Assembly: GCA_026393475.1 (NCBI GenBank)
Contig: JAPLAA010000061.1
Coordinates: forward strand, 21,927 to 85,926
Source of the DNA: Actinomycetota bacterium
Lineage (GTDB): Bacteria > Actinomycetota > Acidimicrobiia > Acidimicrobiales > Ilumatobacteraceae
DNA length: 64,000 bases
Reading direction: 5' to 3'
Both the position numbers and the translations under genes were made by a program. The notes below the pieces were generated by a model, which did not search any database, was not told the origin of the DNA, and saw only the letters and a list, made by a program, of their open reading frames with translations. Each line of letters starts with the position of its first letter. Within the stretch, counting starts at the first letter, position 1. Positions 8,522 through 16,379 of this stretch are shown here, piece after piece.

Positions 8522-11500
8522 CGACAGCGCAGTCGGCCACGCGTTCGAAGCCGACGACGTGGGTGGCCGAACCGAACTGCGCGTAGCACGGGGTGTCGAA
8601 GCGTTCGGCCAGGCCGGTGTTGCGCCACACCATCACCTGCTGCACGTCGAGGCCGTCCGCCACGCGCTGCTCGTCGAAGGTGACCACGTCGCCGTGGGCG
8701 AGGAATCCCTTCAGCGGACCGACCGTCATCTCGATCCGGTCGGCGCCGAGGATGTCGAGGTCGACGGGCTGCCCGGGTCCGTAGATCGATGCACGTGCAG
8801 GCGAACCTTCGGAGCCCGCGCCGATCGCGTACTCGTGCTGACGGCCGCCGATCGTGCTCTCGATGCGGACGAGCGAGCCGCCAAGGCGCTCGAGCCCCCA
8901 GCCGGGGCCCGCCGGGGAGAGCACGACGTGCCAGTCGTTCTGTCGACGCGACGAGCTCTCCGCCGTGATGCGGAGCCCGTCGGCGGTGAGCTCTGCCACG
9001 AGCTCGATCCGATCGCGCTCGCCGACGCCGTTGAGGGTGAGCAGGATGCCGTCGCCCTCGAGCCGGGCCGAGGCGTCGACGACGGCGAACGGCCAGTTGG
9101 TGCGGGCCGGATCGATCACGAACACCGAGTGGTACCAGTCGTCGACCTGCACCGACACCCGCAGTTCGTAGTACCCCGTCGAGGTGCCCGACGCGGCCAC
9201 CTGGAACCGGCCGTCCTCGATGCCCACCTGCCCGGCGAACAGGCGCTGCATCTCACGCCCGGCGGCGGCCTCCTCGGGGATGGTCGACAGCCACGGCCCG
9301 ATCGGCGACCACGCCTCGCGCTCACCGGCGGCGTTGACGAACCAGTTGGTCGGTTCGCCCTCGTTGGCGCCCCAGTAGCTCGAGGCCGTGATGCCATCGC
9401 GCCCGACGAGTGACTCGATGAGCACGATGTCGTCGTGCTCGACGCGTGCGTAGAACCGCGTGGCCGTGTCGAGGCGCTCGTGGAACGCAGCCTGCACGAT
9501 GACCACGACGAGCAGTGCACACATGACGATCGACGTGTTCCGCACCGGCGTGCGCAGCCGCGCCGCCGTGAACCCGGCGATCCCCGGACCGAACTCGGCG
9601 ACTGCGATCGCGATGAGCGCAGGGAGGAGGTAGACGAATCTCGACTGGTACGAGGCGTCGCCCGTGAGCGCCGACGTGCCGAGCACGAGGACCACTCCGA
9701 GCACCGCCGCCGCGGGCTGTGACGGCCGTCCGAACAGCAGCAGCGGGGTCACGATCGCCACCAGGTGGATGATGAGGACGATCGGGTGCTCGCGTCCCGC
9801 CCAGGCGAGGATGTCGAGGAGCACCGCGAGATCGGGCACCCCGATGCCGGTCTGGCCGGGTGCCTTGGTGCCGAGGTAGTAGTACGCGGATGCGGCGACG
9901 AGCGGCACCGACGTCGCGATCGCGAGCACCCAGCCGAGGAGGCGCGTCGGTCCGGTGCGGCCCGCGAGTCGGCGACGACGGCCGCTGCTCGGCCGCACTC
10001 GCGCGGCGGCACCTTGCTCGGGGTGGTGTTCGGGGTGGCGCTCGGTGTCGTGGTCGACGTCGGCCCCGCCGTGGTCGCCCCGTCGAGCGCCGGCGGGCGT
10101 GACCGGTCGCAGCAGCCCGGGGTCGACGGCACCGGTGGCGAGCGTGAGCTGGACGGGCTCGGTCGAGCGGGCCTGGTCGTTCGCCCCCGGGACGTTCGTC
10201 GTGGTCGACGTGCGGACGAGTCGCAGGGCACGGGCCGCCGTGGGCGGCCGCACCGCGGCCACGTCGCCGGACGGGTCGGTGTCGAGATCGGTGGCGCCGG
10301 TGGCATCGGTGGCATCGGTGGCGAAGGGAGCGGAACCGTCGATGTCGGACGGGACCGGTCCGCCGTCGCGTGCAGCACGGGCGCGACGCCACATGGCGAG
10401 GACGTGCCATCCGGCGCGGGCGCCGACGAAGAACACCGCGACCATGCCCGAGAGCGGGTGGGAGGCGATCGCTGCGCCGGTCGCCAGGCCGACGGCCCAG
10501 GGCCGCTTCCCGGTGCGCACCCAGGCCTCGGTGGCCGCCAGCACGAACAGCGAGGCAGCCATGCCGAGCAGGTTGGCGCCGCCGCCCCACCCGAGGATCT
10601 CCGCGAGCACGGGCGTCACAGCCGCGACGGACGTGGCCGCGACGGCGACCGCCGGACGATGCCACTGACGCACGAGGGTGTACAGGGCCACCACGAACGC
10701 CACGTAGGCGGTGACCATCGCGAAGAGCACGGCCGACCAGCGGTCCATCACCAACTCGTAGACCCAGACGAGCCCCGGGAACGCCGGCGGGTGGATGCCG
10801 GGCAGGATCTCGCGGGCGCCGCGCATCCACTCGACCTCGGCGACGTATCGCGAGGCGTCGAGCGGGAGCCAGAAATCGGTGAGACCGCGGATGACCGAGA
10901 CGACGGTGGCGACGAGCAGGACCGATCCGACGAACACGAGCGACCACTCGGGCACGCCATGGCGCGCCGCGACGGTCGTCGCCGACTCGACGTCCGTGCC
11001 GCCGCCATCGCCGCCATCGCCGCCATCGCCGCCGTCGCCGCCGTCGCCGCCGTCGCGGACGGCCGTCACGGTCGGGTCGGCGTCACCTGCAGTCGCCTGC
11101 CCGCCGATCGGGTCGCTGCCCGACGCCGTCGGCTGTGTGGGCGGTGTCGGCTGTCGCGGGCTCTTGGGCTGCGTCGGAGTCCTGGGCTGGGTCGGCCGCT
11201 TCGGCTTCTTCAGTTCGGCCGGCGATCCCGTCACTGCCGTCGGTGCCGTCGGTTCGGTCGGTTCCGTCGCTGGATCGGCCGCGTGCGCGCCCGGCGCTCC
11301 GGCGTGGCCCGAGGCGCGCTCGTCGATCGGTTCGTCGACCTGATCGACCTGATCGACCGCCCCGCCGTCGGACGACGACCCGGAGGATGTCGTCGGTGCC
11401 TTCGCACCTGACACCACCCGGGGCTTCGCCCGTCGACGTGCCGCCTGAGATGCACCCGCCTTTGGCACGCCCTGGAGACTACCGATGCCCCGGGCGGCGA

Positions 11501-11618
11501 GGTCCCCGGGCCCGACGGACGGGCCATATGGCCCATTCGGCCCGGTGCACTGCACGAGGGGCCGCTCCCGGCGAGAGAGTGGGCGACGCCGGAGCGGCCG
11601 CTGCGGCATCCGAGGCAC
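8496..11618 (-). CDS. large polytopic membrane protein (GT-C-like layout) with disordered N-terminus and ~400-aa C-terminal soluble domain
   Basis: 1040-aa ORF. It has a low-complexity Pro/Thr/Gly-Asp N-terminus and two TM bundles separated by a ~150-aa loop. PLDASRYVAE right after TM1 resembles the ArnT first-loop motif (recalled from memory). Start codon uncertain. Confidence 0.65.
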   Translation of the reverse strand: MPRMPQRPLRRRPLSRRERPLVQCTGPNGPYGPSVGPGDLAARGIGSLQGVPKAGASQAARRRAKPRVVSGAKAPTTSSGSSSDGGAVDQVDQVDEPIDERASGHAGAPGAHAADPATEPTEPTAPTAVTGSPAELKKPKRPTQPRTPTQPKSPRQPTPPTQPTASGSDPIGGQATAGDADPTVTAVRDGGDGGDGGDGGDGGDGGGTDVESATTVAARHGVPEWSLVFVGSVLLVATVVSVIRGLTDFWLPLDASRYVAEVEWMRGAREILPGIHPPAFPGLVWVYELVMDRWSAVLFAMVTAYVAFVVALYTLVRQWHRPAVAVAATSVAAVTPVLAEILGWGGGANLLGMAASLFVLAATEAWVRTGKRPWAVGLATGAAIASHPLSGMVAVFFVGARAGWHVLAMWRRARAARDGGPVPSDIDGSAPFATDATDATGATDLDTDPSGDVAAVRPPTAARALRLVRTSTTTNVPGANDQARSTEPVQLTLATGAVDPGLLRPVTPAGARRGDHGGADVDHDTERHPEHHPEQGAAARVRPSSGRRRRLAGRTGPTRLLGWVLAIATSVPLVAASAYYYLGTKAPGQTGIGVPDLAVLLDILAWAGREHPIVLIIHLVAIVTPLLLFGRPSQPAAAVLGVVLVLGTSALTGDASYQSRFVYLLPALIAIAVAEFGPGIAGFTAARLRTPVRNTSIVMCALLVVVIVQAAFHERLDTATRFYARVEHDDIVLIESLVGRDGITASSYWGANEGEPTNWFVNAAGEREAWSPIGPWLSTIPEEAAAGREMQRLFAGQVGIEDGRFQVAASGTSTGYYELRVSVQVDDWYHSVFVIDPARTNWPFAVVDASARLEGDGILLTLNGVGERDRIELVAELTADGLRITAESSSRRQNDWHVVLSPAGPGWGLERLGGSLVRIESTIGGRQHEYAIGAGSEGSPARASIYGPGQPVDLDILGADRIEMTVGPLKGFLAHGDVVTFDEQRVADGLDVQQVMVWRNTGLAERFDTPCYAQFGSATHVVGFERVADCAVDVAAADGG
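11001..11054 (-). repeat. in-frame 9-bp x6 tandem repeat encoding (GGD)n
   Basis: gccgccatc x3 then gccgccgtc x3 on the plus strand. The protein reads DGGDGGDGGDGGDGGDGG. Confidence 0.9.
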
Positions 11619-11653
11619 GCATCGCGTGCGGGATCTGTACGAGGAGCGAACAC

Positions 11654-12736
11654 ATGGTCCTGTCGGTCACCGTCGTCGGAGCCGGTTGGGTGTCCACCCA
11701 TCGCCACATCCCCACGCTCCAGGCGCATCCCGGCGTCCGGGTCGCCGGCGTGGTCGACCGCTCGCCCGAACGGGCCCGGGCCGCGGCCGAGGCGATCGGC
11801 GTCCCGTGGTTCGCCGGCGATCTGCCGTCGGCCGCACCCTTCTTCGCGTCGAGCGACGCGGTCGTGTGCGGCACGGCACCGTTCGCCCACCACCGCGTGG
11901 CCACCGACGCGCTCGAGCACGGCAAGCACGTGTTGACGGAGAAGCCGTTCACCATGACCGTCGCCGAGGGCGAGGAGTTGCTCGCGCTGGCCGAGCGATC
12001 GGGCAAGCAGCTCGCGATCGTCCACAACTTCCAGTTCGCGTCCTCGTTCGCGAAGGTGGAACAGTGGATCGCCTCGGGACGGCTCGGTGACCTCCGGATG
12101 GTGCACGCCATCCAGATGTCGAACCCGAACCGCCGCCTGCCCACCTGGTACGACGATCTGCCGTTCGGGCTCTTCTACGACGAGGCGCCGCACCTGCTCT
12201 ACCTGGTGCGCCGGTTGAGCGGCGACACGCTGCAGCCGGTGACGGTCGTCGCCCATCCGTCGAGCGATCCTGCGGCCAGCACGCCGAGCGTGCTCGAAGC
12301 ACACTTCAGCGCACGACCGTCTCGCCGGGCCCCCGGCGCAACCGTGCCGGTGATCGTGCAGATGAACTTCGAAGCAGCCGTGTCCGAGTGGCACGTCGTG
12401 GTGTCGGGCACGAGGGGCACAGCGATCTGCGACGTCTTCCGCGACATCGCGGTCTTCCTGCCCGACGACGGTCTGCACGAGACGAAGGCGGTGCTCGGCA
12501 CGTCGCTGCGCGGCACGCTCGCCCACTGGGGCGGCTACGTGCGCAACGGGCTGCCGCACCTGCGCGGCAAGCTGTCGTACGGCAACGACGAGGTCTTCCG
12601 CAGGTTCGTCGAGGCGGCCAGCACCGGTCGACCGGCGAAGGACATCGGCGGTGCCGACGCGCTCGCCGTGCTCCGCCTGATGCACGACGTGATGGACGGC
12701 GCACGGCGTTCACTCGACGGCCGGGCCGCGGGCTGA
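11654..12736 (+). CDS. Gfo/Idh/MocA family NAD(P)-dependent oxidoreductase
   Basis: N-terminal Rossmann VVGAGWVSTHRHIPTL and the EKP motif (LTEKPFTM). ATG at 11654, in-frame within a longer artefactual ORF. Confidence 0.85.
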   Translation: MVLSVTVVGAGWVSTHRHIPTLQAHPGVRVAGVVDRSPERARAAAEAIGVPWFAGDLPSAAPFFASSDAVVCGTAPFAHHRVATDALEHGKHVLTEKPFTMTVAEGEELLALAERSGKQLAIVHNFQFASSFAKVEQWIASGRLGDLRMVHAIQMSNPNRRLPTWYDDLPFGLFYDEAPHLLYLVRRLSGDTLQPVTVVAHPSSDPAASTPSVLEAHFSARPSRRAPGATVPVIVQMNFEAAVSEWHVVVSGTRGTAICDVFRDIAVFLPDDGLHETKAVLGTSLRGTLAHWGGYVRNGLPHLRGKLSYGNDEVFRRFVEAASTGRPAKDIGGADALAVLRLMHDVMDGARRSLDGRAAG

Positions 12737-12777
12737 CCGTTGGGCGATCACCCCACGCCGTGGACGGGCCGACGACG

Positions 12778-13911
12778 ATGAAGATCGCGATCACGACGCA
12801 CTACGGCCTGCCCCACGTCGGCGGCATCGAGACCGCCGTCGACGGGCTGTGCGACGCGTTGCGGCGCCGCGGGCACGAGGTGGTCCACCTCACCAGCGCG
12901 CTGCCGGCGGGCGTCGAACCGGCGACGGACGGCAGCATGGTCCGCATCCCGGCCTGGGGTCGGCTCGAGGCGATGCACGTCCCGTGGCCCCTGTTCGGCC
13001 GCTCGCTGGCACCCGAGCTCGATCGCCTGTGGGCGTGGGCGGACGTGGTGCACGCCCACGGCATCCTCTACCAGCCGACCATCGCTGCGGCGCGGCGGCG
13101 CCGTCGACGGACCGGCACGGGTCTGGTGATCACCGAACACGTCGGTCACGTCGACTACGACAACCCGGTCGTCGACACCGTCGAGCGCCTCGCGATCGCC
13201 GGTGTCGGCCGACGGACCGTGGGCGCGGCCGATGCGCTGGTCGCGCTGAACGCCCGTGTGGCGGACGAACTCACCCGGCTCGGACGACATCGAGACGTGC
13301 CGGTGATCGCCAACGGCATCGACACCGACCGGTTCACGCCGGCGGCGCCGGTCGAACGATCGGCGGAACGGGCGGCGCTCGGGTGGGACGACCGTCCCAG
13401 GGTGCTGTTCGTCGGTCGCCTCGTGGAGAAGAAGGGGTTGTCCACGGTGCTCTCGCTCGCCGCCCGCCGCGGCGACGGCACGCAGGTGTTGCTCATCGGA
13501 CCCGGTACGACGCCGGCGGCGACCGGCGGCGCGACGGTGCTCGGGACGCAGGACCGTTCGGTCGTCGCGGCCCACATGCGGGCAGCCGACGTGCTGGTCC
13601 TGCCGTCGCGCGGCGAGGGGTTCCCGGTCGTCGCCCAGGAGGCGTTGGCGTGCGGCCTACCGGTCGTGCTGTCGGACGACCCCACCTATGCCGACATCGC
13701 GGGCGCGGCGCGAGGCGGGTTCCGGGTGGCCGACGGTGTCGAGGGCTTCGACGCAGCGATCGACGCGGTGCTGGCCGACGGCGAGGCGAGCCGGGTCGAT
13801 GCTCGTCGGCTCGCGGTCGAGCGGTTCTCGTGGGCGACGTCGTGCGCTGCCTACGAGCGGTGCTACGAGCTCGCCAACGCAGCGGCGAACCGAGGCACCA
13901 AAGCGACCTGA
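12778..13911 (+). CDS. family 4 (GT-B) glycosyltransferase
   Basis: MKIAITTHYGLPHVGGIETAV at the N-terminus and PSRGEGFPVVAQEALACGLPVV (E-x7-E). ATG at 12778. Confidence 0.85.
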   Translation: MKIAITTHYGLPHVGGIETAVDGLCDALRRRGHEVVHLTSALPAGVEPATDGSMVRIPAWGRLEAMHVPWPLFGRSLAPELDRLWAWADVVHAHGILYQPTIAAARRRRRRTGTGLVITEHVGHVDYDNPVVDTVERLAIAGVGRRTVGAADALVALNARVADELTRLGRHRDVPVIANGIDTDRFTPAAPVERSAERAALGWDDRPRVLFVGRLVEKKGLSTVLSLAARRGDGTQVLLIGPGTTPAATGGATVLGTQDRSVVAAHMRAADVLVLPSRGEGFPVVAQEALACGLPVVLSDDPTYADIAGAARGGFRVADGVEGFDAAIDAVLADGEASRVDARRLAVERFSWATSCAAYERCYELANAAANRGTKAT

Positions 13912-13970
13912 CGGAAGCGACCTGACGGAAGCGACCTGACGGAAGCGACCTGACGGAAGCGGACCGACGG
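13903..13970 (+). repeat. 14-bp tandem repeat (4 perfect + 1 degenerate unit) that includes the GT4 stop codon
   Basis: gcgacctgacggaa x4 at 13903-13958. TGA occurs at 13909, 13923, 13937 and 13951, so stops fall in all three frames. Confidence 0.95.
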
Positions 13971-14036
13971 GCGCGACGGAACCTCGACCTCGCGAGACGA
14001 CGGGTCGTGGGGCCTGGGGTGCGGGCGGCGAGTGCG

Positions 14037-14486
14037 TCAGTCGTCGCTGGCGGCGACGCACGCAGCGCAACGACCGAGGAGGTCGAGGCGGTGGTGGTGC
14101 AGCTCGAACGACTGACCGAACGCTGCGTCCTGCAGTGCCCGCTCGAGCGAACGCTCGGCGGCGGCGGAGAGCGTCACGTCGCGCACCGCACCGCACGACG
14201 TGCAGACGGTGTGGTGGTGATGGTGATTGGTGATCTCCTCACCCAGTTCGTAATGGGCGTGTTCGTCGCCCATGGAGATCTTGCTCACCAGCCCTGCGTG
14301 CTCGAGCACGGCCAGGTTCCGGTACACGGAACTCTGTGCCAGCGTCGGCTGCCGCTGCAGGATCATGGGAATGGTCACGGGTCCGCTGGCCTCTTCGAGG
14401 GTGCGGAGAATGAGCTGACGCCCGGTCGTCAGCCGCTGGCCGTCCTTGCGGAGACGGTGGAGAGCGATGTCATCGATGTCGGTCAC
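14037..14486 (-). CDS. Fur-family metalloregulator
   Basis: 149 aa. Winged-helix segment LTTGRQLILRTLEE...SVYRNLAVLEHAGLV, HHHHHTVCTSCG and a C-terminal CAAC pair, all typical of Fur/Zur/PerR. Confidence 0.9.
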   Translation of the reverse strand: MTDIDDIALHRLRKDGQRLTTGRQLILRTLEEASGPVTIPMILQRQPTLAQSSVYRNLAVLEHAGLVSKISMGDEHAHYELGEEITNHHHHHTVCTSCGAVRDVTLSAAAERSLERALQDAAFGQSFELHHHRLDLLGRCAACVAASDD

Positions 14487-14608
14487 TGCCGCGAACTATA
14501 GCGAAGCAACCCAAAAGCCGAACTCATTCTCCGGTTGTCCACCCGAGGGGTTTTCGACGTCCCCCGATTCCGGGGAGCGGAGCGACCGGACGCTTCGTCT
14601 CCGTTCTG

Positions 14609-14670
14609 CTCCTCATCTGCTCCTCATCTGCTCCCATCTGCTCCCATCTGCTCCCATCTGCTCCCATCTG
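14609..14670. repeat. intergenic tandem array: CTCCTCATCTG x2 then CTCCCATCTG x4 (11/10-bp period)
   Basis: Read directly from the sequence, between the fur-family gene and the 2Fe-2S subunit gene. Confidence 0.95.
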
Positions 14671-14783
14671 CGCGGCCCGTGCCACGACAGGCTGCGAAAT
14701 GATGCATGATGTGCGCGCCACTGGGGGGCAGCACGTCAACGTCCGTCTCGACCACGGTCGATCACGGCCGAGAGCGCGCCGGC

Positions 14784-14861
14784 ATCTCGACAACTCGACA
14801 TCTCGACATCACTCGACATCACTCGACATCACTCGACATCACTCGACATCACCACGACATC
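14784..14861. repeat. intergenic tandem array: ACTCGACATC x4 perfect (10-bp period) flanked by degenerate copies, abutting the SD of the 2Fe-2S subunit gene
   Basis: The CTCGACA core occurs at 14786, 14794, 14802, 14812, 14822, 14832 and 14842, followed by ACCACGACATC. SD GAAGGAAG at 14863-14870 and ATG at 14875. Confidence 0.95.
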
Positions 14862-14874
14862 AGAAGGAAGCGCC

Positions 14875-15336
14875 ATGCAGATCCGCGTCACCGTCAACGG
14901 CACCGTGCACGACAGCGACGTCGAGCCGCGCACGTTGCTCGTCCACTACGTCCGTGAGGTCCTCGGCCTCACCGGCACCAACATCGGGTGCGACACATCG
15001 TCGTGCGGCGCCTGCAGCCTCCACCTGAACGGCGAGGCCGTGAAGAGCTGCACCGTGCTCGCCGTGCAGGCCGACGGCACCGACATCACCACGATCGAAG
15101 GCATGGCCGCCGCCGACGGCACGATGCACCCGATGCAGCAGGCGTTCATGGAGAACCACGCCCTGCAGTGCGGCTACTGCACGCCCGGCATGGTGATGGC
15201 GGCCACCAGCCTGCTGCAGGAGAACCCGAACCCGTCCGAGGAAGAGGTCCGGATCGGGCTCGAGGGCAACCTGTGCCGGTGCACCGGCTACCACAACATC
15301 GTGCAGGCAGTCCTGGCCGCCGCCGGCGGCCAGTGA
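14875..15336 (+). CDS. molybdenum hydroxylase small subunit, (2Fe-2S)-binding (CoxS/PaoA-like)
   Basis: [19 protein letters not shown] and CRCTGY cysteine motifs. 153 aa. Confidence 0.93.
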   Translation: MQIRVTVNGTVHDSDVEPRTLLVHYVREVLGLTGTNIGCDTSSCGACSLHLNGEAVKSCTVLAVQADGTDITTIEGMAAADGTMHPMQQAFMENHALQCGYCTPGMVMAATSLLQENPNPSEEEVRIGLEGNLCRCTGYHNIVQAVLAAAGGQ

Positions 15337-15438
15337 CCCGATCGGGAAGGGGCCCGACATGACCATGACCGACGCCGCGATGCCGGCCAGCCCGCAGACC
15401 GTCTGGAAGACCATCCAATCCGCCCAAGGAGCAATGAA

Positions 15439-16263
15439 GTGATCCCCGCAGCATTCGACTACGTCCGCGCCGAGTCGGCCGAACACGCCATCAGCCTCAT
15501 CGGTCAGCACGGCGAGGACGCGAAGTTCATCGCCGGCGGGCACAGCCTGCTCCCGATGATGAAGCTCCGCATGGCCCAGCCCAGCGTGCTCGTCGACATC
15601 GGCCGTCTCGCCGACCTGTCGTACATCCGCGACGCCGGCGACCACATCGCCATCGGTGCCCTCACCCGGCACATGGATGTCGAGACGAGCTCGGTGCTCG
15701 CCGAGCACGTGCCCCTGCTGGCGCACGCGGCGAGCCACGTCGGCGACCCGCAGGTGCGTCACCGCGGCACGATCGGTGGCTCGATCGCCCACAGCGACTC
15801 GGCCAGCGACCTGCCGGCCACCACGCTGGCACTCGGGGCGACGTACATCGCCCAGGGCCCGAACGGCACCCGTGAGATCGCCGCGGCCGACTTCTTCCAG
15901 GGCTTCTTCACGACGTCGCTCGAGCCCGACGAGATGCTGACCGAGATCCGCGTCCCGAAGATGAACGGTGCCGGCTGGAGCTTCCAGAAGTTCAACCGCC
16001 GGGCCCAGGACTGGGCGATCGTCGGTGTCGCCGCATGGCGTCGTGGCAACGAGAGCGGGGTGGGTCTCGTGAACATGGGCTCCACGCCGGTGCTCGCGAC
16101 GAGCGTCGCGAGCGCGATCTCGTCGGGCGCGTCGGTGGCCGATGCCGCCGAGCTCGCCGCAGCCGACGCCGATCCGCAGAAGGACCTCAACGCATCGGTC
16201 GAGTACCGCGTGCACCTCGCCAAGGTGCTCGTGCGTCGTGCGTTGGAGGAGTCGAGCAAGTAG
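15439..16263 (+). CDS. molybdenum hydroxylase medium subunit, FAD-binding (CoxM/PaoB-like)
   Basis: FDYVRAES...AKFIAGGHSLLPMMKLR (FAD_binding_5-type). GTG start with AAGGAG 7 nt upstream. Confidence 0.9.
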   Translation: MIPAAFDYVRAESAEHAISLIGQHGEDAKFIAGGHSLLPMMKLRMAQPSVLVDIGRLADLSYIRDAGDHIAIGALTRHMDVETSSVLAEHVPLLAHAASHVGDPQVRHRGTIGGSIAHSDSASDLPATTLALGATYIAQGPNGTREIAAADFFQGFFTTSLEPDEMLTEIRVPKMNGAGWSFQKFNRRAQDWAIVGVAAWRRGNESGVGLVNMGSTPVLATSVASAISSGASVADAAELAAADADPQKDLNASVEYRVHLAKVLVRRALEESSK

Positions 16264-16294
16264 CTCGACCGAAGGTTCACACCGAGGGGGTGTG

Positions 16295-16330
16295 CGACGG
16301 CCGGTGGCGCTCGAGCGCCGCCGGCCGTCG
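16295..16330. terminator. long near-perfect palindrome (about 16-bp stem) between convergent genes; candidate bidirectional terminator without U-tract
   Basis: cgacggccggtggcgctc / gagcgccgccggccgtcg, with one T-G mismatch. Confidence 0.45.
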
Positions 16331-16366
16331 TCGTTCCCGGGCTCGTTCGCGGGGTCGTTCCCGGGT
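16331..16366. repeat. imperfect 12-bp x3 tandem repeat
   Basis: tcgttcccgggc tcgttcgcgggg tcgttcccgggt. Confidence 0.8.
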
Positions 16367-16379
16367 CGCACCGGCGCGT

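Noticed and set aside
13903-14861. I asked whether the tandem arrays at 13903, 14609, 14784, 33980, 52041 and 54509 could be CRISPR arrays.
   Set aside because: The units are 10-42 bp and directly abutting, with no unique spacers. No cas genes are present.
15359-15442. I considered interpreting the micro-ORF between the S and M subunit genes as the remnant N-terminus of a deleted large-subunit gene.
   Set aside because: The 27-aa peptide shows none of the N-terminal features I associate with XDH-family large subunits. In the S-M-L gene order the large subunit would lie downstream of M, not between S and M.
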